64,000 bases of DNA from Chrysomallon squamiferum. Lineage: Eukaryota > Animalia > Mollusca. Positions within the stretch are counted from its first letter, which is position 1; each line of letters opens with the position of its first letter. Shown here in pieces: positions 42,220 through 57,712 of this stretch. The stretch covers positions 10,912,001-10,976,000 of the forward strand of contig CM022667.1 of the NCBI GenBank assembly GCA_012295275.1, written 5' to 3'. Made by a program: the position numbers and the translations under genes. Below the pieces are notes generated by a model that made no database searches, was not told where the DNA came from, and was given only the letters and a program-made list of their open reading frames with translations.

Positions 42220-42665
42220 TTTCTCAAAGGTGATGATGATGATAATAATTTTAATGAATGTATTAGCGTTCATAATGACAGTGATAATGTTGATGATGAT
42301 GGTAATGTTTGATGTTGCTGTCATGTTGATGACGCTGTAGATGCTGATGATAACACTGTTGATGTTGATGTTGACAGCAATATTGATGGTGATTATAGTA
42401 ATTATCATGTTGAAGATGGTGATGATGATGTCAGTGGTAATGTTGATGGCAGTGATCATACTGATGATGGTCATGTCGAAGTTGATGTTGACGGTAATGG
42501 TGATGATGACGTTGATCATTATATGTCGATAGTAATGTTGATAATGATGATGTTAATGGTAATGTTATAGATGATGATATTAGTGGTAATGGATAACAAT
42601 TGTGATTATCTTACTGATGATTAATATGATGATGATACTGATGCTGATGATATTGATGATGATAC
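42220..42665. repeat. Degenerate (GAT)n array
   Basis: Direct reading. Confidence 0.92.
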
Positions 42666-43218
42666 ACTATAACACATTAACACGTTGATATTTCACAAAC
42701 ACACAATAAACACATAAATATATACGTAGATTTTATATTTAAACTACAGACAATATTAATATATGTAAAAAAACAACAACAAAATTACCATATTACATTC
42801 ACACAAATATAGATCACACAGGTACATATTAAAACATACTGATATATACATAAATACAAGCAACACATATACACACACATATAGAAGCAAAGTACATACA
42901 CATTCATACAAACAGAAACAAACAGATATGTATACACACACACGCACGCACTAACACATACATGCACAAAAACATTAAACACCCATAAAATATGATCTCA
43001 GTTGAAACGTAAGTATAAAAACTACTAGAGAGAAAAAATAAGGAAGTCATGAACATCGAAACAAATGACAAAACTTTATAGATACCCACTGAAACCAGTA
43101 TACATAGAGAAAAAAAAAAAAGAAAAAAGTTGAGTGATATATAAATAATAATAATAATAACAATAATAATAACAACAACAATAACAATAATAATATAAAG
43201 AAATAATAATAATAATAA

Positions 43219-43272
<54 letters not shown>

Positions 43273-44114
43273 TAATAATAACAACAACAACAAAAACAAT
43301 AACAATAATAATATAAATAACAAATATAGTAATAATAATAATAAAAAAATTAAAAAATGAAGATCAGCTGATGCAGGTGCGACCTCTGGTGGTGACCGAC
43401 TTCTCATGCCTGTGGGTAATCCTCGCGGATTCCTGTGTCATCAGAACACACTGACGGGTGAAACGCAGTCACCAGAGACGGCTTTTTTCCGTGGACGGCA
43501 TTTAAAAGCGAACAATAGAAACGATCTCATAAATATGTATAATTTTGACAGTTCACGTCAACGCACAACAAAAGAAACACATAGACTGATACTCAAAAGT
43601 TGATTGGCGCTGGCTAGTGTTACGCCGTTCGGATTTGCGTCCCTAAGCCACGCCCATTTTCAATCCGGGGACTTTTGTCACTTCGGCATCGGGTTTCGGC
43701 GGCCTCATAATTTTCCCCTAGAAAGCATAAAAAGTCAAATGAGAAGAAAACAAGGAAAATAAAGCAGAATAAAAAGAAAAAGAAAGAAAGAAAGAAAGAA
43801 AAGAAAAGAAAAAAAAAGACTGCAATTTACTGTGTGTAATATTTTATTTGGAAAGGTAAAAAAAAAAAATGTATTAACGAATTTTGAGTTATGTTAGATG
43901 AAGGGTGGGGGTGGGGACATAAGAAGGTTTGTGAAGTTATTTATTTTTATAGTTTTAAACGAATATATATATATATTATTGAAAAAATAAGAAAACTAAA
44001 TTAACCGATCTCTTTGCATGCTTGTTTTTCTTTTGTAAAAGTAAAACGCCTACTCGACAGAGCCACGTTGCATATGAGCCATTTTAACCTTTGCAGGACA
44101 GCAACTAGTAATTT

Positions 44115-44149
<35 letters not shown>

Positions 44150-44663
44150 ACATATATACATAAAACAAAATCCAGTGCATGCGTACCAACACAAACTTTT
44201 CTTTCAGTCCAACGTAATTTTAATTACTTTAAAGTTTTAATTATGTATTTAAAACTCCATTAATGAAAATTGTATAATCAATATTAAAATACATTAATAT
44301 TGTGCTCATTTTGTTTTTAAGTCATGATTTGAAATGCTATTAGATTCTTTATAACGACCATTATCATGTTTTTTTTTTTTTCAGACTATAAATATTCTGT
44401 GTATTGTAATGTCGGTTATTAGTTATTTTTCGTTACAAATATTTTATAAATTACGAGATCGGTGTCAGAATATTTTAAAAATATTACTCCTGAGGTAATT
44501 TGATATTTAAATAATTCAAACCACACGTAAACAGTCATTAATTAATTTATGAAGATGGCGCGACTGAAAACGATCCAGTTTTGAAAGTCAAAGCGAAGGT
44601 CAATGTAAAATAGAGGTTGTATTGAGAATGTGAGTGTTGTTGTATTCGATTATTTTATTCAGA

Positions 44664-44700
<37 letters not shown>

Positions 44701-44850
44701 CTGTTATTATGATGACGTCACAGATGATGCTGATGAAGATGAGGATGATAATAACGAAGAAAGGAACAAAGAAAGAAACAAACAACCAAATAAATAAGTA
44801 TCTAAGTAAGAAGGTAAATAAATAAATAAAATAAGAATGAGATATATAGA

Positions 44851-45411
44851 TAAATATCCTCTAAATAAAGTCACATTATAAAGACATTTTCTAACTACAA
44901 TCACAATATAAAATAATTTTGTATATATATATAAAGATATTTTCTAAATGCAGTCATAGTTTAGACATTTTCTAAATAGAGCCACAACATAAAGTCATTT
45001 TCTGTATATAAAGATATTTTCAAATACAGTCACAATATAAAAAAAAAATTCTAAATACAGTCATATTATAAAGTCATTTTCTAAATGCAATAACAATATA
45101 AAAACATTTTCTATGTATATAAAATATCTTCTAAAAACAGTCATGAAAACATTTTCTAAAAACAGTCACATCATAAAGACATTTTCTAAATGCAATAAAA
45201 TAAAAATAAAAACATTTTCTAAATAGAGTCACATTATATTATAAAAACATTTTCTAAAAACAATCATATTAAAAAGACTTTTTCTAAATACAGTCACATC
45301 ATAAAAACACTTTCTAAAACCTGTCACATAATAAAGACATTTTCTAAAAACAGTCACAATATAAAGAAATTTAAAAAAAAAACAGTCACATTACAAATAC
45401 ATTTTCTAAAC
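44851..45411. repeat. ~30-bp minisatellite, about 19-20 diverged units
   Basis: Consensus ATAAAGACATTTTCTAAATACAGTCACAAT, with some ~19-bp truncated units. Confidence 0.93.
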
Positions 45412-45738
45412 AAGAAAAAAAACAAACACAAAAAACATCAGATTTCTCTTAAAGCCGGCGAATTGCTCGTAAAGTTTTCATTATTAGCAGTTCCAGATTG
45501 TCTTGTGTGTCTTTCTCTTGCCATAAAATAATTGTTTATTCAAACCATGCGAAAAGTAGAATATACATGATAAGGTACGAGGCGGGAAATGGCACCTGCA
45601 TAAAACTTGTGTGATTAAAACCAGAATTTACCACTGACATTTTCTATGTTGTTTGTTGAAGATAAAAAATAACCTGAGAGAAAAATGTAATGAGAGTTAG
45701 GCAGATTTAAAGGAGGGCAGTAAAATAATAGTTTGTAT

Positions 45739-45772
<34 letters not shown>

Positions 45773-45773
45773 A

Positions 45774-45814
<41 letters not shown>

Positions 45815-45887
45815 TGTTATTTTTGTGGATGTGGTTTATGAGTAGTTAATAGTGTAATAAAGAACAAATGAAAAGGCAAGGAAACAA

Positions 45888-45959
<72 letters not shown>

Positions 45960-46172
45960 GTTTGATGAAGATGATGATAACGATGTGACGAACATGAGAT
46001 CATTAAATAATAACAATCGTTATCATTCTGATAGTAAACATGATCATAATTATAATATAGTCATATATAAAATACTACTACCAATAATAATAATAAAAAT
46101 GAACTGTCATATATCTTTTCAAAACAGAATACAACATTCCATTCAATAAAGAAATACAACTTCTTCATTTTT

Positions 46173-46221
<49 letters not shown>

Positions 46222-47989
46222 CGTTATTATGACATCAAAGCCACGCGCCTCCATGGAAGAATCTGTGAAAAATCCAATATCATACAATTCTTTTTGAAAA
46301 CATCAAACAAAAGGATCGTCCAAGGCAACATATCTTCTAGGCGAATCTTTGGTGTTATGGAGGGAAAATATTGACAGAAATTTTGATTGTTTCTGTTCCA
46401 ATATTTAAAACCGTTTCGTTCCCGGTTTTATCCTTTTCGACAATAACGTCGCGTGGTTTTCGCTAGATATGATATTATTTTTCGGTGATAAAATGACGAT
46501 GCGGTTGTTTGCTAAGTGGGTTTTAAGCTTGTACGTGGTTAAGCACGAAATCGTGAGGGATATAACGGTTTTTGCGATGTCGTTTTGTTGAAATCGACGT
46601 TTTTTTTTTAATGTGGCCTTTGATTTCCGTTATATGATAAAAATTAAGAAAATAGGATCCTTTTTTCTTTTTATTTATTTTATTTTTATATGTCTACGGG
46701 TAGGGGGGATATATATATATGAGATAGATTTATCTATCTGTCTATATTAATATTTATACAGACAGATAGATAGATAGATTCAGAGATATATAACAAAATA
46801 TGTATCTTTAAAGAGTGGGAGAGAAATATAATATGCAGAGTGAAATAGAGAGAAATAAAGAATGATAGAGAGAAAGAGCCAGACAGGCAGGCAGAGAAAG
46901 AGAAATAAATAGATAAAGAGATGAATGTATCGACAGACAAATGTACAGACAAACATATGCGATGTATCTGTTAAAGAACATACAAAATGGTTGTGTATTC
47001 AGTGACCTTCATCTGAGGTTTCATGACCTCCAACAAGTGACTATGTTTACTGAACTAATCTGCAAACGCCTTGCAAGCAAAGAAACAACGACATCAACGA
47101 CGACAACATCGGAGATAAGAAGAACTGCAACAACGAGAAAATAAATAAAAAAGAAAATAAATAAATAAATTAAAAACAAACAGACAAAGAAAGAAAGAAA
47201 GAAACAAACAAACAAACAAACAAACAAACTAAATAAATAAATAAATAAATAAATAAATTAACTAATTAATAATAATAAAATTTAAAAAAAAAGAATTAAA
47301 AAACATAAATGAATGAATCTATCTGGTCATCTATTAAAGGGGCCAGATCCCGAATTTCCGAAATAAACGGGAGATGGTACATTTGTCGTTCAAGAAACAA
47401 AAAAAAATTTCAATACTAAAAAAAAAAAAAAACAAACGTAATATTTTCTCTTCTTCTTTTACAAATACGCCGACGCAAAGCGAACGCGAGATTGTCGACA
47501 AATTTAAAAAAAAAAAAAAAAAAAAATCCCTTTGACCAGCAAACATCTAACAGAAATATTGTCGGAACAAAATGTGGCGTGTGATCCGTGATAAACGTTC
47601 CTGTCATATTTCCTCGTCATTCGTCTCGTGCAATCGGACCATGTCAATTTCTCTGGCCCACGTAGAGGCCACGCCAGGAATTAAAATGAAGCCGGCCGCT
47701 GGCCTTCAGGCACACACCAACACGCTCGGCTCGGTTGAAATATGACATTCCTGGCAAGCCTCGCTTTCGCATTTGTTTGTCCACTATGTGTAATCTGACA
47801 GAAGGTAAACAAAATTTTGTCCGTAGCATCCGGAAGAATATGCCGCAGTAACGCGCTGGCACCGTATTAAATATTTGAACAATATTTTTTTATTTTTTGA
47901 AATTTCAAGAGGACCGCGTTATGACCACCGATGAACATGATGGCCGATTTCACAGAGGTTTTGGTCAATGAGGGATCGCAGAGAGAGAA

Positions 47990-47993
<4 letters not shown>

Positions 47994-48080
<87 letters not shown>
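47994..48080. repeat. (GA)n microsatellite
   Basis: Direct reading. Confidence 0.97.
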
Positions 48081-48083
<3 letters not shown>

Positions 48084-48383
48084 GAGAATGTGTTACCTTG
48101 ATATTAAATTCATTTTGCCCGGCTTTGGTGAATAAGGGAAACAAAGGTATGACATCTAAAAGCTCATGAAATAGGTAAAAGAGACTTGTTTGTTTGGATT
48201 TATTAGAATATTTTCAAAACGACACCTCAATACAAATAAGTCATTTTTCAGCTTCTGTTCTTCATAGAAAGCTCAAGGTATATCTTTTACATAACGAGCA
48301 ATGATTCTAGAACAAGAGACTTCTATTCTGGAGCATGTGGGAGAAATGAGCCTGTTAACTATGGTGCTTTATTCAAAAACTAC

Positions 48384-48460
<77 letters not shown>

Positions 48461-48904
48461 CCTCCCTCCCTCCCTACCTCCCTACCTCTCCCTCTCCCTC
48501 CCTCTGCATTGATGGTCATTTTAATCTTAACATGTCCCAGTTGTTATCTTGAGTCATCTTTTCAGATCTATGCGAATCACCATCTACACACGATGGACAG
48601 AGAAGTGATTGGGAACAACGTTAAAGAAATAAGAAATGAAATCCATCGTATTCACAAACTTTCACCTACTCGCAAGTGGTAATTTGACGTCACATTCCAT
48701 ACACCAAAATTAGAACGGGACAGAATTTTGCCGCGTGCACATAAATAGCATGAATAACGCCAAGACGTTGTGTTTGCTTTCTTTCCAATATGAAGCTTTT
48801 GTCGTGTCGTTTCGGCTTAAAATGTAATATCTGTGATCATAAAGCCGGATATTTACTTGCAGATGTGACGAGTAAAACAACGATGTCAACCTTCATAATG
48901 TGTG

Positions 48905-48938
<34 letters not shown>

Positions 48939-49183
48939 TCACGAAATTAGTGCCCCACGAAAACAGGACATTGCAAGCTAACGGACGTGTTTAGATTCCT
49001 GTTTTAAAAATATAAACCGACCACTGTATAAACTGTATAATTGTGATAATGCATAAAGGATATAACAGGATATTTGTTTTGAGTCTCGCGTAATGAAAAA
49101 CATTTTAAATTTACTGTTTCAGATTTTTTTTTTTATGTCTTATCTTTTCTAATTTTAATTTAATTTCTTCTTCTTCTTCTTCC

Positions 49184-49221
<38 letters not shown>

Positions 49222-49234
49222 TAAAGAAAAAAAC

Positions 49235-49276
<42 letters not shown>

Positions 49277-50097
49277 TGTTATTGTTGTTGTTGACGTTGT
49301 TGATGTTGTTATTCAAAGTTATTTTAATATTTCTCTTTGTATTTTTAAAAAGTATGAATATATCATTTTCTTTTTCTAATTACACAGGTTCAAAGTATAA
49401 AGAAATAACAGTTTATCATTGTAAAAAATAAAATATAAACACAGTTAGGTTCGAAAAGAAAAATAATAAATAAATTATTAATCTCAAGACAGAGATAAAA
49501 TGGGTCACATGACCTGATATTTAAATTTATTGTCGTCATATGGAAAAAATTGTCATAACAGCGAAATTTATAAAAAATTAAAAATTAAAGTCAATAAATT
49601 AAAATATATAAATATAAATAAAAACACTGTAAATAATTATACACACATACGTACTTACTTACATACTACATACACACACACACACACATACACAAATACA
49701 TACATACATACATACATACATACATACATACATACTTTCATACATAAATACATACATACATACATACTAACTAAATATCGAAAAATGTGCAAACAAAAAT
49801 ATACAATCAACATTATACAGACACAAATTTTTACGCTTGACTGAGTTTATTGAAATGCAATAAAAGCTGAAAAGTTGTTAATTTCAACTCATTAACACCA
49901 ATTAAATCTATTTCCACCGCACCACGTGATATACCGGATGTGCTATCTCCATTCCAGGAAGCGTCCACGAACTGAAAGCTTAAAACGAAAAAGATTTTGC
50001 ACTTTCAGTCACTTGTCGTTTGTGTACCGAACTCATGGCGTGAAAGTGAGTGACAAACATTTGACTCATAGTTTTTATACGATATTTCTTTGTTCTA

Positions 50098-50203
<106 letters not shown>

Positions 50204-52119
50204 ATATCTATCTTCGCTATTTCTGTATCCCTATCCTGTATGTGTCTATTCTTGTTTGTCTCTCTTTTTCTCTCATCTCTCTTTTCATTTTTCTTTCTCT
50301 CTTCCATTTTCTTTCCTTCCACTAACGTTAGTTTTCCTTTCACCTATATTCTTTGACATTCTTTTTCTCTTTTCTTTTCACCTTTCTGTCCATCCTTCCA
50401 CTAACGTTAGTTTTCCTTTTTATTTTTATCATTCTTCATTTAGTTCTCACCTATATATTTCTAACACTGCCAAAGACCAGAAACAACAAAAACAAAAAAT
50501 ATCAACCAGTGAAAGAATGAAAGAAGAAACGAAAAAGAATGAATTAAAAACAAAAGAAACAGAAAATCAAAGAAAGAACGATGAACGAATGAATAACAGT
50601 AAAATAAAATCAGATAAACTAAAAAAAAAAAAAAAAAAAAAAAGAAAGAAAGGAAACAATCAGATATTGATAATGAGTAATCCGATCTCAATTTGCTTTA
50701 TTAGATTTGTACTCTAAGTTTGATCTACGATTGTAAATTAGTTGAGATTTGTTTTTAGAACAGAAATAGAGACTTCCGAGATACTGCAACAACAGAATTT
50801 GCGAAAAACAAAACCATGTTACAATGGAGATGAATATAAGCAGGATATAAAGATAGAGAGAGAGGGTGGGAAAAGCTGTGCATGAAACAAAGAAGATTTA
50901 AGCGTAAAAGAAAGAATTAAGAATGGAAGAAAGAAACAGGAATGAAAGGAGGAAGTAAAAATAAAGGAAAGAAATAAGTAATGATAAAAGAATGAAAGAA
51001 ATCGTAAGATAGAAAGAAAAGAAGAAATAAAATGGAAAGACGATAAGAGAGAAAAGGAAATAAAATGGAAAAATGATAGAAAGAAAGAAGAAAAAGGAAA
51101 AGTAGAAAAGAAAGAAAAAGGAATGAATGAAAGAAATAATTTTGAAAGAGAATGAATGAAACGACGAATGAAAGATAAATAAATAAATAATAATAATAAT
51201 AATGATGATGATGATGATATTAATTATGATAGTAATAATAATGACGATAATGATAATAATAACATAAATAAAAAGTTCGGTTAAATAATAACAACAATCA
51301 CAAATAACAAATAAACGAAAATAGAACAAAAACTTTTTGAAATATAATTCACCCACAAACAAATAAATAAATAAACCACAGACAAGAATTGTACGGAACG
51401 CAATATCACCCTTATCGTTTATATCGGTAATAAATAAAAACGCTCTGAAAATGTATTAGCAATTTTCGCCGCATTGCACATTGCATACGTATTACGTTAC
51501 AAGCAATGCAAAGAGAGATCGTTGCGAACTATTAGCAAAAAAAAAAAAAAAAAAAAGAAGTTAACAATATGATACACGCTAATGCAAATTTTCAAATCAA
51601 ATCTATAATTAACGGCCTGGCCGTCATTGGGCATAACTAGCCAAACGTTCAGCATCTTTCTAGCGACCGTTTTATCAGTTAAATACTCGACGACTTGAAA
51701 AATCGCGTGTTCGGAGTCCGTTGCAAAGGAAAAAAACAACATTTTTATGAGGGTATAAACACAGAGAAATGCAGATACGGCTTTCATACGTTTTATTTAC
51801 GATAGCTTTCCATGACGAATTAATCTGAAGATGAGACCAAAAGTCATAGCCAGATAAATGTACACGAATTAAACATTTCTTGTAACGGGTTTTTTTGATA
51901 ACGGGTTCGCGAAGAAAAAACGTTTTTTTTTTTTTTCTTTTTTTATTGACCTTAAAGCAATACTGTTATCGAACAAAAATATCTTAGGAAAGAAAAAAAA
52001 ATGCTTATTTGTCTGCGGTCAGCGAATCTAATTGATGTCGCAGAAGTCAAAACCAAAAAGCCACTAAACTGAAAGACAGATCTAGAGGGGTGCATGCATT
52101 CCCGTACCCACTCTCCCCC

Positions 52120-52262
<143 letters not shown>

Positions 52263-52663
52263 CTTTATCCTGTTTATCAAGCTATCTGTATTTCTTTCAT
52301 TACCAAACTTTGTTTACCGTCTTTGAAATTATATCCCCACCACCCTCTTTTCTGTTATTGCAGCACCGCCCCTGAATTCTGTAACTTATAAACGGCGGTT
52401 TTTAACGGGAATGCAGTAATATACATTAATGCAATAAGCCCTTAATTTTGGCGCGAAATCGCACTCTGGACCTAAGAGCGATAACCCGCAGACCGTTATG
52501 AATAGAGATTGACAAATCACTGTTGTTTATTGTGTCGAAAATTGCGTCTAATCTAAGCACTGAATATTAACGGCTTTACTACGTACAATATTATCATACC
52601 TTCCAGTTTTGATATCTGCCAAATGTTCGTTTCTACATAGAAATATTGGTTATCGCCGAACAT

Positions 52664-52696
<33 letters not shown>

Positions 52697-52987
52697 TTCT
52701 TCTTTTTTTTTTTTTTCATTACCGTAAATATTTCAAAATTGTGGTTAAAAATAAAATCGTTGAAAATTCTGATAAAAAAAAAAAAAAAAAAATATTTTTC
52801 TTTAGTAAAATATTATCTGTTACTAAATTAAGAACTATATAACGACTGCTAATACTAGTTTTGACATTGATGCTACTTCTAATGCTACTATTATTAGCAG
52901 TGTTGACGATTTAGAATTTACTAATCGTGCTGAAACAAATATAAGTATCATTAATACGTTTAATACTGAACTACTATTTCTCTATCA

Positions 52988-53051
<64 letters not shown>

Positions 53052-54865
53052 ATAATATTATTACTACTGAAACTGTTACGCTGTTTTTGCTATTGCTTTT
53101 ACAACTATCAATATGACATACAAAACTAATACAACTGTTTTTTTTTTATATATATAACATTTTTAAACATAGACACACACACAGACACACACACTGACAC
53201 ATATAAAACCACTAATTATATAAAAAAAAAAAAAATAAAAAAATAAATAAAAAGATAAAATACATGATCATTATGTGTCTCACTCACTTAATAAAAAAAC
53301 ATCGTGAACCGAACACGTCATATATCGTAAAAAAAAAAAAAAAAAAAAAAAAGTTATATTTAGCCATTTTTTGTTTTTGTTTACCTCAGACGTGATTCTT
53401 CATTAGTTAAAACATCTCTTTAAAAAAAATACCTGTCTTACTAACTAAACAAACATATTAAAAAAAACAGAAAAAAAGAAAGAAATTCTCGACTGAAACA
53501 TCTGCACTACTTTTCCTAAGCAGGCGATATTCGCAGACGCCACGTTTTTGGCGGATAGACGGTGCGCGCGCAAACAAAAAAAAAAAATAAAAAATAAAAA
53601 ACGTCTTTACAAATCGTATTTCACAACTACAACCTTCCTTGTTGCTTATTATTTAATTTGAGAAGAAAGATGTCGAGTTTAAAAGCTTACCTTAGCTAAG
53701 AATACAAAAAGTTACACAACACGCAGGTGTGAAAAGATGCGAACAGGAAACCGACATCAGGGGCAGTTCAAAAATAGTGTGGAGGTGGGGTGTACGCGTA
53801 GAATTAATATGTCAGAAAATTCTGACTGTCGCATTTTTGAATAGTAACAACAGAAACAACAACAACAACAAGAATAACAATCGTAGTAGTAATAGTTGTA
53901 GTAATATTAGTATGTAACTTTATTCAGGCATTTCAAAACATACAGAACAATTCCTTGCTTTTATAAATGGACATTTGAAAATAACTGAAACGAAAAAAAA
54001 CAAACAAAAAAAACAATTACCATCATTGGGTGAGGCTATCATTTACTAATCGTTTGAAGAACTCTACAACTGCAGAGATTTTGCAAGCATACCTTCCTTG
54101 GAAGAAGAAGAAATAGAAGATTAAAAAAAAAAAAAAAAAAATAAAGAAGAAGAAAGTATAATATTTTTAACCCTTCTCAGTTACGTTATGATCGGAACAT
54201 GCATGACTTTTCATCGCAGAGTCTTCCAATCTCTGTCTGAACCTTAATAACATCATCAAAGCTGGTACTAGCTGAGATGTGTCAGATTTCAACCCCCCAC
54301 CCCCACCATATTCGCCCCTGGCCGCACAACGTGCAGGTGTGAAGCAGAAGACAGGGAAGCAAACAAGATGGTTTAAAACGATAACGAGGCTGAAAAGTGA
54401 CGCGTACTAAATTTCTTACATAACTTTTCACTTTTAAAGTAATAAAAATATTTCTTCCCTTTTTCTTTTTTTTTTTTTTTTTTTCGCCAGAAATTGTAAA
54501 TTATAAGCAATAAGCTGATGATCATAATTAACTATTAATTAAAGTCGTTTTGTCGTTTTGAAACAATAAAATAAAATAAAAAGTCTATAATTATCTTACC
54601 CCTACCCTGTCATAGGTCTTTTGTGCAGAATTAGGTTATTATTACTGTGAAGATACAATTTGTGTACTTTAGATCTTGTATACAGTAAACTGGCTTCGTT
54701 TCACAATTATGCAGTATTAAAGACATCATTTATTAGGATTAAAAAAAAAAAAATAATAATAATTTATTTTATTTTATTTTAGTACAGTTTAGTTTCACTT
54801 AGTTTGGCTATAGACTGAACAGGTTAGTAACGTAAATCGTAAAATTAATCGATATTAATTTAAAC

Positions 54866-54944
<79 letters not shown>

Positions 54945-56560
54945 GCTTTCTTTGTCAACTATCTCTCTTGTTCTCTCTCGTTTTATCTTTTTTCTATTTA
55001 TCATTCTGTTGTTGTTACATTTTTTTTATACACTCATCTGTTCTTACATTCGTTCATTCATTCATTCATTCATTTGTTCATTAACATATTCATGAACTGT
55101 AATCAATCACCTATTAACTTTCAAACAGTTATTTCGAATTTTCACTATTTATTTATTTTATTTATTTATTTATTAACTTCTCACTCTGCCCCTTCCATTA
55201 TTTGTCATTTCTAACGCTACATCATCTGGTGCAAGTCTTCACTTACCCCCCTCTCCCTTTCACTTTATTTATTCGCTCGGGCGTCAACCATTTAAACTCG
55301 AGGCTATCTATTTACTAAACATCGTTACTTGCAATTAACCCGTTCCGCCGATCCCCTTCAGGGCCTCGCGTGCGTCTGAGACAACTATTAAACGTGTGTA
55401 TCGCATTCATATTTAAGCAAAGCGACAGAAAACGTTTGCTAGGAAAAAAAATGTCAAATTTCGAGAGATGGAGGCCCACCCATGAGAAGTCCAATTAACT
55501 ACATGTGCGCGAAGCAAATAAAAACGACTGGTCCATTCCCCGAAACTTCGCGAAGGGTCGATAATCCAGATAAGGTAGTCTGCAGCGGAACATCTGCAAG
55601 GGCGACCGGTACATAATTTATAATAGATAGATATATATATATATATTAGTGTCACGAAAACAAATGAGAACCGGTCTATCATGGAACAAAAAAAAAAAAA
55701 AAAAAAAATTAAAACAAAATGAGTGAGCGATTCCGGGATTTGGGGAGGGAGGTTCTTGGGTTCGCTATTGTGCAGTGGCTGGGAAAAGGAAGAAGGTGTG
55801 TGTGTGTGTGCGTGCGTGTTTGTGTGTGTATGCGTGCGTGCGTGTCTGTGTGTGTGCGTGTGCGTATGTCTGTGAGTGCGTGTGTGCGCGTTTATATGCA
55901 GGTATATATATATATATATATCATAACCATCATCAACTACAGCAACATGATTACGCAACATGTTCGTGAAACTCTTGAAACGAGATTATATAAAGTTCAT
56001 AAAATATATTTTATTTCAAATATAGATATACATAAACCACATACGCATTAGCGATTTTTAAAATAAATGCATATAAAAATATACCGCGATATTTTATTAC
56101 ACAGTTATTTCAAAATCATAAATTCTGCTTTTGCTATATTCGGTTACCATGGCCGGCAAAAAAAAAAAAAAAAACTAAAAAAAAAAAAACATGGACGTGG
56201 GAAAAAAAAAAATATATATATATATATACACACATATATATAAAAAAATAAAAAAATAAAAAAATAAAAAAAATTCGGAAAAATAAACACGCAGAAAGAA
56301 AATCATATACACCCAATTACAAAGCACTAAAAAGTGTAGATGAAAGAACCATTAGCAACATTAATATTAAGTGTATTCATTACAGCGGGTTTATACGTTC
56401 GCTATGAAATCGTAATAGCGTATAAAGCTTATTTAATTGTGCTTTGTAATGGACTCCGGCTCCGATAACTGATATTAATTTTTGGATTATGGCTAATATG
56501 TTGTTATCGACCGCCTCGCGTGCATGGATTAAAACACCTGAGCTTCGACAAAAATGTTCC

Positions 56561-56820
56561 GCATTAAAATTCCACATATATATTTTTTATTTTAAATTTT
56601 TCTTCTTCTTCTTCTTCTTCTTCATAAAACGGAATTTGAGTAAACACAAAAAAAAAAAAAAAAAAATGGTGGGTGACAACAGCGGCATTACAATTCAACA
56701 TATTTTTTTTTTTTTTTTTTTTTAAATTTCTCTTCTTCTTCTTCTTTTTTCTTCTTCTTCTTCTTCGTCTTCTTCATAACACGGAATTTGAATAAACACA
56801 AAGAACGGCTGATGGCATTC
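56561..56820. repeat. ~125-130 bp tandem duplication
   Basis: GCATTA.AATTC.ACATAT-(T)n-AAATTT-(CTT)n-CATAA.ACGGAATTTGA.TAAACACAAA starts at both 56561 and 56685. Confidence 0.88.
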
Positions 56821-57362
56821 CTCTGAAGGTTGGCTGCTCTCTGTTGTGTGTGTGTGTGTGTGTGTGTGTTTATGCGGTTATTGTTTTTCCCTAACGTGTG
56901 TGGTGATCTGAATTAAAACCAACAACAAAATTTGTACATAACATCCGCTGGTTATTTCTGCAGCGCTGTTTGCTCCGCGGTCCCACGGACAACATTAAAA
57001 ATGTCCGCGCGTGTGAAATTTAAATCGATGTAGATTGACCAATAACTGAAATTCCGAGAAATATTGATACAGCTTCTTGCCGTGTTTGCCCGCAATCATT
57101 TCACTTGTTTTAGCGAGCGAGTAAGAAACGAATTTTCTGTCGCGATGTTGAAAAAAATGAAAATTCTTTGCCCCTGTGTGAAGCGACATGGCGAACGAGT
57201 GACACACAAAACACACACACACACACACACAGCGGAAAAGAATTATTAACGCTGTGTAAACAGGGCGGGGCATCTTGCACCCCCACCCCCACAGGTGGAC
57301 CCGCCCTTGTAAAAAAAAAAAAAAAAGAAAGAAAGGAGGACAATAGTCTCGACTTTGAATTG

Positions 57363-57397
<35 letters not shown>

Positions 57398-57479
57398 AAA
57401 AAAAGAAAACAAAAAGAACTAATAAACGAAAAAATAGAACAAAATATGTAGTTCATCAGACTGATGGTATTTTTCAACC

Positions 57480-57712
57480 AGACACACACATACACACACA
57501 AAGACACAGATACACGCACAGACACACACAAAGACACAGCTACACACACACACAGACACAGATATACACACAAATACACAGATACACGCACATACACACA
57601 CACACAAAGACACAGATACACGCACAGTCACACACACACAGACACATGCGGACTCCAATATACAGGTATACACATAGAAATGCGTATGCATACAGTCTCA
57701 CACACACACACA
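57480..57712. repeat. (CA)n-derived minisatellite
   Basis: Recurrent ACACACAAAGACACAGATACACGCACAG units within a CA-rich tract. Confidence 0.85.

Noticed and set aside
54253-54265. 13-nt match TCATCAAAGCTGG to the complement of the miR-2 3' half
   Set aside because: The seed part is missing and there is no hairpin partner; compatible with chance
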